Positions 1-6,258 of a DNA stretch of 64,000 nucleotides are shown in pieces. The DNA comes from Chloroflexota bacterium (lineage in GTDB: Bacteria; Chloroflexota; Dehalococcoidia; JAUQQI01), in NCBI GenBank assembly GCA_040289115.1, contig PSKS01000003.1, positions 35,515-99,514 on the forward strand, written 5' to 3'. A program made the position numbers and the translations under genes. Within the stretch, counting starts at the first letter, position 1, and every line of letters begins with the position of its first letter. The notes below the pieces were generated by a model. The model saw nothing but the letters and a program-made list of their open reading frames with translations. It did no database searches and was not told the origin of the DNA.

Positions 1-475
1 CGAGCTCCTCCCTCAGGTCGGCCCAGTCCTCCCGGTCGATGGCGTCGACCGCCTCGTAGACCTCTTCTAAAAGAAAGGGCTTGGTGGACTGGTGGGTCTG
101 CTGCCGGTCCCAGGGGCATCCGTCGGGAGCCCGGAGCCGGGCCACGATGTGTTCCAGGGCCCGAAAGGTTCGGGGTAGCTCCTCGAGGGGGCGGACCTCC
201 ACGAAGATGGCGGCCGGCCGGGCCCCGGCCGGGTTGAGGCTGGCGAGGGTCGTCGTCAGGGGCTCGCGGTCGGAGTCGTAGACAAGTTTAAGCCGGGTAT
301 CGGGCGGGTAAATCTCCAGAAGCCCGGCCTTGACCTTTGCAAGGTCAGCCTCCGGGCCGACCAGCAAGAGGGCCGGCAGTTCCGGCGAAAGGCCGGCCGA
401 CCTTTCGGCCGGGACCAGCTGAAGCCCCTGGCGGGCGGGATCTACGCCCAGGATTTTGAGCCACTCGGCCAGCAT
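1..475 (-). CDS. mazG: MazG-type NTP pyrophosphohydrolase with short YabN-like N-terminal region (partial, continues past window start)
   Basis: Not in ORF track because it is open at the window edge. Minus-strand translation from ATG 475..473 gives MLAEWLKILG...RAPDGCPWDRQQTHQSTKPFLLEEVYEAVDAIDREDWADLREEL, the MazG CPWD..QTH...LLEE.YE signature. A TATAAT lies on the minus strand about 17 nt upstream of the ATG. Confidence 0.8.
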   Translation of the reverse strand, partial: MLAEWLKILGVDPARQGLQLVPAERSAGLSPELPALLLVGPEADLAKVKAGLLEIYPPDTRLKLVYDSDREPLTTTLASLNPAGARPAAIFVEVRPLEELPRTFRALEHIVARLRAPDGCPWDRQQTHQSTKPFLLEEVYEAVDAIDREDWADLREEL

Positions 476-510
476 CGCTTTTACCTAGGGCATTATAGTA
501 AAAGTCCGGG

Positions 511-1407
511 CTATGTGCCCCGAAGGCGGGGGTCTAGGGCGTCCCGGAGGCCATCGCCGACGAAGTTGAAGGCCAATACGGTTACAAAGATGGCCAGGGT
601 GGGGAAAAGCATAAGGTGCGGGGCAACCCGCAGGTAGCTACGACTGGCGCTTACCATCGCGCCCCATTCTGAGGTCGGCGGCTGGGGACCAAGCCCCAGG
701 AAGGACAAGGTGGAGGCAGTCAGAATGGCGGTTGACAGGTTGAGACTGCCGAAGACGATAATGGGGGCGATTACGTTGGGCAGGATATGGTGGACCACTA
801 TCCGGAAGTTGCCGGCACCAAGCGCCCGGGCAGCTTCGACGAATTCCCGCTCCTTTAAGGACAACACTGATGCCCGGGTCAGGCGGACGTAGGCCGGGAT
901 CGACTCAATTCCGACGGCAATCATGGCGTTGCGTTCGTTCGGGCCCAGGGCGGCCACGACCGCAATGGCCAGCAAGATTCCAGGAAACGCCAGCAAAATA
1001 TCCATGGCCCGGCTGATAGGCCCGTCCAACGGCCGGAAGTAGCCGGCGAGTAGGCCAAGGATAACTCCCCCCACCAGCGCGATGGCTACCGCCACGACAC
1101 CCATCGCGAGGGAAATGCGGGACCCGTAAATTATCCGGCTCAGAATATCCCGACCCAGTTCGTCTAGGCCGAAGGGGTGCTCTAAAGAGGGCCCTTCAAA
1201 GCGACGGACAAGTTTTTGCTCCCGTTCGGAGTAAGGGGCGACCCAAGGGGCCAGTGCCGCAATCAGCAGTAGCATAATAACCACCACGCTCCCGGCAACC
1301 GCGGGGCGGTGACGCCGGAACCGGTACCAGAACTGCTGAAGTTCTGACCGAGCTCGGGCCGGGATGGCTAACGTTTGAGCCGAGACCGCTCCGTCACGCG
1401 AAACCAC
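511..1407 (-). CDS. ABC transporter permease, peptide/nickel (DppC/OppC) family
   Basis: 298-aa multi-TM ORF. The C-terminal ...AFNFVGDGLRDALDPRLRG is typical of DppC/OppC-type permeases. It lies directly downstream of the DppB-like gene. Confidence 0.9.
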   Translation of the reverse strand: MVSRDGAVSAQTLAIPARARSELQQFWYRFRRHRPAVAGSVVVIMLLLIAALAPWVAPYSEREQKLVRRFEGPSLEHPFGLDELGRDILSRIIYGSRISLAMGVVAVAIALVGGVILGLLAGYFRPLDGPISRAMDILLAFPGILLAIAVVAALGPNERNAMIAVGIESIPAYVRLTRASVLSLKEREFVEAARALGAGNFRIVVHHILPNVIAPIIVFGSLNLSTAILTASTLSFLGLGPQPPTSEWGAMVSASRSYLRVAPHLMLFPTLAIFVTVLAFNFVGDGLRDALDPRLRGT

Positions 1408-1412
1408 GGCGC

Positions 1413-2354
1413 CTAGTCGTAACGAATCCTCGGATCGAGGTAGGCGTAAAGGACATCAACAATCAGGTTGACGAAAACGAAAGTCAACGACGTAACTAAG
1501 ACTGCCCCCTGAACGACCGGAAAGTCGCGGGTGCGGATGGCATCCACGGCCAGCCGCCCAACCCCCGGCCAGGAGAAGATGGTCTCGGTAACCACGGCAC
1601 CGCCAAGCAGTCCGGCCAGTTGGAGGCCCAGCACCGTAACCACTGGCAACATTGCGTTTTTCAGGGCGTGGCGGAAGATCACTACCCGTTCGGCCAGGCC
1701 TTTGGCGCGGGCAGTTCGGATGTAATCCTGATTTAAGACCTCAAGCATCGCCGACCTGGTGAGCCGGGCGAGGACCGCGATAAGGCCAATAGCCAGGGTG
1801 ACCGCAGGCAAGAAGACGTGCCGGAGGCCGTCCGGGGTCCAGAAGGGTCCGCCCCGGCCGGAAATTGGGAAAAGGCCGAGGCTGAAAGCCAAAAGCCACA
1901 TCAAGATGAGGCCGCGGGCAAAAACCGGCATCGAAATACCGAGCAGCGCCCCAAACATGGCAGATGCGTCGACCCAGCTAGCCCGGCGGGCCGCCGATAG
2001 TACGCCGATGGGGATGGCAATGGTGGGGGCGATGAGCATTGCCGCCACCGCCAGCTCGATCGTGTTGGGCAGGGCGGCGAGGACCTCCTCGGCCACAGGC
2101 TTCTTGGTGCGGATGGAGCGGCCAAGGTCACCCCGCAGGGCTCCGGACAAGTAGTTCCAGTACTGGACGTAGATGGGCTTGTCGAGGCCGAGCTCCCGTT
2201 CGATTTGGGCCACAACCTCCTGGGGGGCATCGGGTCCGGCGATGATTTGGGCCGGATTGCCGGGGGCGAGGTGGAGCATCGAAAAGGTTAAAAAAGATAC
2301 CCCCAGCAAGACTACCGGCATAACCAGCAACCGGCGCAAGATGTAACGGTACAT
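1413..2354 (-). CDS. ABC transporter permease, peptide/nickel (DppB/OppB) family
   Basis: 313 aa. The N-terminus MYRYILRRLL...LAPGNPAQ and C-terminus YAYLDPRIRY are characteristic of DppB/OppB permeases. Confidence 0.9.
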   Translation of the reverse strand: MYRYILRRLLVMPVVLLGVSFLTFSMLHLAPGNPAQIIAGPDAPQEVVAQIERELGLDKPIYVQYWNYLSGALRGDLGRSIRTKKPVAEEVLAALPNTIELAVAAMLIAPTIAIPIGVLSAARRASWVDASAMFGALLGISMPVFARGLILMWLLAFSLGLFPISGRGGPFWTPDGLRHVFLPAVTLAIGLIAVLARLTRSAMLEVLNQDYIRTARAKGLAERVVIFRHALKNAMLPVVTVLGLQLAGLLGGAVVTETIFSWPGVGRLAVDAIRTRDFPVVQGAVLVTSLTFVFVNLIVDVLYAYLDPRIRYD

Positions 2355-2368
2355 CAGGTCGCTGAACC

Positions 2369-4054
2369 CTAACGCTGGCCCGTTTTCACGTAGATGTCCA
2401 GGAACTTATACAGCCAGTTGGAGGGGTGAACTTTGACTCCCCCGGTTCGACGGCTGACCCCAACCACGCCCACGTCATGGGTAAGGGGCACCCAGAGGGC
2501 GTTCTCATGAACAATCCGCTGGAGCTCCTCATAGATTTGCAACCGCTGGGTCTCATCGAGGGTGGAGCGGGATCTTTCAAGCAGACCGTCGGTTTTGGGG
2601 TCGGCCCAATCGAACCGATTGGGGGCTGGCCGCTGCCGGCTGTGGAAGTAGAAATAAAGAACGTCCGCATTGCTGTAGAAGACACTGATGGCGAAGGTTT
2701 GATGTTCCCCTGCCCGCAGGGCGGCGAAGAAAGCGGCGCTCTCCATCGAGCGGATTTCCAGTTCCACCCCAACCCGACGCCACTGCTCCTGGACGACCTG
2801 GGCCTGAAGCTTTGCGGCTTGGGTGTCGGTGGTTATGTGGTTGAGCTTGAGCCGCTGGCCATCCTTCTGGCGGATGCCGTCCGGCCCAGGCCGCCAGCCG
2901 GCTTCTTCCAAGAGTTGTTTGGCCCGTTCCGGGTCAAACTTGTAGGCGGCCTGCTCAATTCCCTTCCAATAGCCCCATGTCTTCGGGTGGAGGACCCCCA
3001 AGGCCGGTATCGCAAGCCCATAGCGTACTGAGGAAATGATTTCTTCTTTGTTGGTGGCGTGGTTAAGGGCCCGGCGTACCCGGACGTCCCTAAGGATGGG
3101 GTCCGAGGTCTTCAGGCCTATGTATGCCGTCTGGAGCTGGTCATATTTGACGACGGATACGTTAGCGGATTTCTCGAGCCTGGAAACCTCGACTCCCGGA
3201 ACGTCGCTAAGTATGTCGATATTTCCGGCTTCGAACTCGGCTACGCGGGTCCCTTCCTCGGGAATGATCCTGAATTCCACCCGGTCCACGTAGGCCGGTC
3301 CCTGGTTTGAGAAAATCTTGGGTCCCCACGTGTAGTCCGGGTTGCGTTCGAGGATGAGGCGCTGATTGCGCGTCCATTCCACGAACTTGAATGGACCTGT
3401 CCCGTCGGCGCCGGTTGCGCCGTAATTTTGACCGAGCCGCTCGACCGCTTCCCGATTTAGGATCGAGGCCCAGCCAATGCTCAGGTTGTCGAGAAGCAGC
3501 ACAAAAGGCTGCGAAAGCCGAATCACGACGGTATAGTCGTCGGGGGTTTCGACCGCCGTTACCTGGTCGATATTGTAGGCGGTCGGGGACCGCGGCGTGG
3601 TTTTCCAGCGCTCAAAGCTGTATTTTACGTCGGCCGCGGTGAAGGACTTGCCCGAATGAAAGCGGACGCCCCGCCGCAATCGGAAGGTGTAGACGAGGCC
3701 GTCCGGGCTTATCTCCCACGATTCGGCCAGGCCCGGTTTGATGGTCCCGTCGAAGTCCAGAACCACCAGGGTATCGTGGATCATTTGAAGGGTGCGGGAA
3801 GCCCATAGGTGCGTGGTCACGTGGGGATCAAGGCTCTCCGGGTCGGCCGTTAGCTGAACTGTTAGGTTTCCCCCCCGCTGGGGGGTCTCCGTTTCAGGGG
3901 TAACCGCAGGCTGGGAGGTACCTGGACTGCAGGCTTCCACGATTGGGCCCAAGCCGATCAGCGCCCCAGCCCCGAGAGCCCGAAGGAAATCCCGTCGGCT
4001 GAGCCTGAACGAAGGCAGCCCTTGAATCCAGAACCGGTTATCACGGGTCCTCAC
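2369..4054 (-). CDS. ABC transporter substrate-binding protein, family 5 (peptide/nickel type), Tat/lipoprotein-like leader
   Basis: 561 aa. The leader SRRDFLRALGAGALIGLGPIVEAC has a twin-arginine motif plus a Cys. The body resembles family-5 solute-binding proteins. It is the first gene of the SBP-permease-permease operon. Confidence 0.9.
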   Translation of the reverse strand: MRTRDNRFWIQGLPSFRLSRRDFLRALGAGALIGLGPIVEACSPGTSQPAVTPETETPQRGGNLTVQLTADPESLDPHVTTHLWASRTLQMIHDTLVVLDFDGTIKPGLAESWEISPDGLVYTFRLRRGVRFHSGKSFTAADVKYSFERWKTTPRSPTAYNIDQVTAVETPDDYTVVIRLSQPFVLLLDNLSIGWASILNREAVERLGQNYGATGADGTGPFKFVEWTRNQRLILERNPDYTWGPKIFSNQGPAYVDRVEFRIIPEEGTRVAEFEAGNIDILSDVPGVEVSRLEKSANVSVVKYDQLQTAYIGLKTSDPILRDVRVRRALNHATNKEEIISSVRYGLAIPALGVLHPKTWGYWKGIEQAAYKFDPERAKQLLEEAGWRPGPDGIRQKDGQRLKLNHITTDTQAAKLQAQVVQEQWRRVGVELEIRSMESAAFFAALRAGEHQTFAISVFYSNADVLYFYFHSRQRPAPNRFDWADPKTDGLLERSRSTLDETQRLQIYEELQRIVHENALWVPLTHDVGVVGVSRRTGGVKVHPSNWLYKFLDIYVKTGQR

Positions 4055-4065
4055 GGCAATGCCCT

Positions 4066-4085
4066 CCGTAATCTCAAGATTACGG
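4066..4085 (-). promoter_or_regulatory. 5'-UTR hairpin partly overlapping the SD of the SBP gene
   Basis: Minus strand reads CCGTAATC-TTGA-GATTACGG (8-bp perfect stem), immediately followed by AGGGCATTGCC-GTG. The GGAGGG Shine-Dalgarno starts with the last two G of the stem. Confidence 0.4.
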
Positions 4086-4095
4086 GTATCGTCTT

Positions 4096-4124
4096 ACTAT
4101 AAGTTATTACTAGTCCCGCGTCAA
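4096..4124 (-). promoter_or_regulatory. Sigma-70-type promoter of the peptide ABC operon
   Basis: Minus strand TTGACG (4124..4119), 17-nt spacer, TATAGT (4101..4096). It lies about 40 nt upstream of the GTG at 4054. Confidence 0.6.
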
Positions 4125-4140
4125 CGCCCCAGGCTGGGTG

Positions 4141-4391
4141 GGTTACCTCAGACCTTGGTCACCGACTGGGGTGGAGAATTGGGCGGACGGTGTTGAAAAA
4201 GCTGGGGATAATGGGGTCTGGGAAGCGACCGGGTCTGGATTAAGATGGGGCCGAGGCAGGAGGAGCGAAGCCGAGCGCTCCCCTCCCCAAAATTCCGACG
4301 AAAGGGGGGATTGACAACCGACCGCTCGGAGCCACCTGGGTGGCTACCAGAAGGGAATTTCAAGAAAGGAGGTGAGGGGTCTCAGCTCGCG
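4141..4391 (+). other. ORF-less, G-tract/C-tract-rich structured region preceding an intrinsic terminator (candidate cis-leader or small RNA)
   Basis: The track ORFs here (4245..4481, 4148..4363) are low-complexity and run through the terminator. Several local hairpins are visible, e.g. GGAGGAGCG-AAGCCGA-GCGCTCCCCTCC around 4258-4286. An AGGAGGTG at 4366-4373 has no start codon at SD distance. Confidence 0.3.
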
Positions 4392-4432
4392 CCGGCGGAC
4401 TCTAGAGGGGGGACTAGAGCCCGCCGGTTTTT
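4392..4432 (+). terminator. Rho-independent terminator (plus strand)
   Basis: CCGGCGGACTCTAG (4392-4405) pairs with CTAGAGCCCGCCGG (4414-4427): 13 bp plus one A/C mismatch. The loop is the 8-nt AGGGGGGA, followed by TTTTT (4428-4432). Confidence 0.7.
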
Positions 4433-4477
4433 GCTTGTCAAATCCAATTGGAGGTTTCGAAGGCACCGGAGAATGGG

Positions 4478-4642
4478 ATGACGGAACTTGTCTGCCCCAA
4501 GTGCGGCCGGCCTAACCTTAAAAATATCGGCGGCGGCTTTTACCTGTGCTCGGCCGCCAGCTCAGGTTGCGGCAGTATCTGGCATGAACGCCACCTGTTC
4601 CAGGCCCTTAGTCAGCGCCGCGAAGGGTCGGAACAGGACTAG
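4478..4642 (+). CDS. Small zinc-ribbon protein (54 aa)
   Basis: ATG at 4478 is preceded by GGAGA with 5-nt spacing. The track start TTG 4448 has no SD. The product is MTELVCPKCGRPNLKNIGGGFYLCSAASSGCGSIW..., with CxxC plus C..C zinc-ribbon spacing. No homolog recognised. Confidence 0.45.
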   Translation: MTELVCPKCGRPNLKNIGGGFYLCSAASSGCGSIWHERHLFQALSQRREGSEQD

Positions 4643-4645
4643 CCT

Positions 4646-4942
4646 GGTGATGCCGTGTGTAAGTTTAGAAACATTTGAGATCAGTGGCCGGCAGCCGAGA
4701 CCTTGACTTAAAAAACAACAGGGACATCTTTCCGGGCGAAACTTCAACCTTAACGTAAACGTTTAGCGTTTACGTTAAGGTTGTCAAGAACGTCAAGTTT
4801 GCGGGCCTGGGAGGTCACCCAGGGCGCTGTTTGGCCCCACCGGGCCGCCTTTGGCGGCCGTCCCCTTGGCTATCTTAAAGCCGAGCACCCGGAAAGGATG
4901 CCCCCTGTCCCGGATGTGTTGAACCTATACACGGATTTGACC
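4646..4942 (+). repeat. Intergenic cassette copy A (MITE-like: TIR-like ends, AT-rich palindrome, GC-rich core, terminal -35 box)
   Basis: Aligns end to end with rc(33285-33592). The core 4791-4942 is 138/152 identical with no gaps (hand count). See findings. Confidence 0.6.
4745..4783. repeat. Perfect 17-bp AT-rich inverted repeat (palindrome family, copy A)
   Basis: CAACCTTAACGTAAACG (4745-4761), loop TTTAG, CGTTTACGTTAAGGTTG (4767-4783). TGTCAA follows at 4782-4787. Confidence 0.9.
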
Positions 4943-4965
4943 AGGGCCGGTTGGGGGCCTAAAAT
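4937..4965 (+). promoter_or_regulatory. Hybrid promoter: -35 from cassette end, local -10
   Basis: TTGACC (4937-4942), 17-nt spacer, TAAAAT (4960-4965). The GT4 ORF start at 4978 is only ~12 nt downstream of the -10. Confidence 0.55.
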
Positions 4966-4977
4966 CGATCCGACGCG

Positions 4978-6258
4978 GTGAGCATCCTGGGAGGCGTACC
5001 GACCGGTGTCGTTCGGCCGGTGGAGGCCGCCTGGCCGGACCTTTCAGCGGGCCGGAAGCGGGCGGCCCGGTCGTACCGGGTCCTGAAAATCGCCCCGACG
5101 GCCTTTTTCTCCGACTACGGCTGCCACGTCCGGATCCTGGAAGAGACTCGGGCCCTGCAGCGGCTCGGCAACCGGGTTGTCATCTGCACCTACAATACTG
5201 GCGCCGACCCGGTCGGCGTCTGCGTCCGGCGGGCCCTTAACACCCCCTGGTGGCGGACGGTCCGGGTTGGGTCGAGCCGGCGCAAGTTTTTCTACGACTT
5301 CTGGCTCCTCCTTAAGGCTTTTGAGACCGCCCTGCTCTTCCGGCCCGATATCATCCACGCCCACTTGCACGAGGGCGCCCTGATCGGCACGCTAATCGGG
5401 CGCATCCTAGGCGTCCCCGTCATCTTCGACTTCCAGGGGAGCCTTACTTCGGAGATGGTCGACCACCGCTTTCTGGACCCTGACAGCCTTTGGTATAGCC
5501 CCCTGCGGCTGCTAGAGTGGGTTATCGACCACTGGGCAGCCGTCATCGTAACCAGCAGCCGCAACGCCGCCGACATCCTGGTCCGGGATTTCGGCTACCC
5601 CCGGGCCAAGGTCAGAACCATCCCCGACTGCGTGGACGCAACGACCTTCAGGCCGCGGTGGCTCCGGGACGACTTGGGGGGAATCGAGCGGCTCCGAAGC
5701 CGGCTGGGCATCCCGCCCGACCGCAAGGTGGTCGTCTACCTCGGGCTCCTGGCCGAGTACCAGGGGATCGGCCTTTTGCTGGAGGCCGCCCGCCGTCTCA
5801 TCGACCGGGGCTTGCCGGTTCACTTTCTCATCATGGGGTTTCCGGGCGAGGAGTTTTACCGGCAGCGGGCCGAGCAGTTGGGCGTCGGTCCGTTCGTAAC
5901 CTTTACCGGCCGGATAAGCTACGCCCTTGCTCCCGACTACCTGCTCCTTGGGGATGTGGCCGTCTCGCCGAAGCTGAGTGAGACTGAGGGCAACGGCAAA
6001 CTGCTTAACTATATGGCTTGCGGCCTGCCTACAGTCGCCTTTGATACGCCGGTGGCCACCGAAATTCTCGGGGACGCCGGGCTCTATGCCCGGGCGGGCG
6101 ATCCCGATTCGCTGGCCGGCCGCATCGCCGAACTGCTCACCGACCCGGTGCGGGCCGAGGCCCTGGGGCGGCGGCTCCGACGGCGGGCGGAGGCCTATTT
6201 CTCCTGGGACTGGGCCGCCCTCCAGTTCGTGGAGCTTTACAAGGAGCTGGTCGGCTGA
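4978..6258 (+). CDS. Glycosyltransferase family 4 (GT-B fold)
   Basis: 426 aa. It has the N-terminal ...YRVLKIAPTAFFSDYGCHV and the C-terminal GT1/GT4 E-x7-E region (SETEGNGKLLNYMACGLPTVAFD). The start codon is uncertain (GTG 4978 or GTG 5020). Confidence 0.85.
   Translation: MSILGGVPTGVVRPVEAAWPDLSAGRKRAARSYRVLKIAPTAFFSDYGCHVRILEETRALQRLGNRVVICTYNTGADPVGVCVRRALNTPWWRTVRVGSSRRKFFYDFWLLLKAFETALLFRPDIIHAHLHEGALIGTLIGRILGVPVIFDFQGSLTSEMVDHRFLDPDSLWYSPLRLLEWVIDHWAAVIVTSSRNAADILVRDFGYPRAKVRTIPDCVDATTFRPRWLRDDLGGIERLRSRLGIPPDRKVVVYLGLLAEYQGIGLLLEAARRLIDRGLPVHFLIMGFPGEEFYRQRAEQLGVGPFVTFTGRISYALAPDYLLLGDVAVSPKLSETEGNGKLLNYMACGLPTVAFDTPVATEILGDAGLYARAGDPDSLAGRIAELLTDPVRAEALGRRLRRRAEAYFSWDWAALQFVELYKELVG

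Noticed and set aside
81-281. 66-aa plus-strand ORF at the window start.
   Set aside because: It lies antisense inside the clearly coding mazG frame, and its product is Arg/Ser/Gly-rich and low-complexity.
4745-4788. TTGACA/TGTCAA boxes flanking the palindromes as functional -35 elements firing into the palindrome.
   Set aside because: No TAnnnT-type -10 lies 16-19 nt downstream of these boxes in any copy. Only the TTGACC/TTGACA at the far end of the cassette has a matching -10.
4781-4981. ORFs 4781..4981 (+) and 33228..33446 (-) as a pair of paralogous small proteins.
   Set aside because: They are translations of the repeat core. Only ~3 of 14 differences are synonymous third-position changes. 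There is no SD. The peptide has no protein-like features. Similarity continues outside the ORFs and ends at a promoter box.
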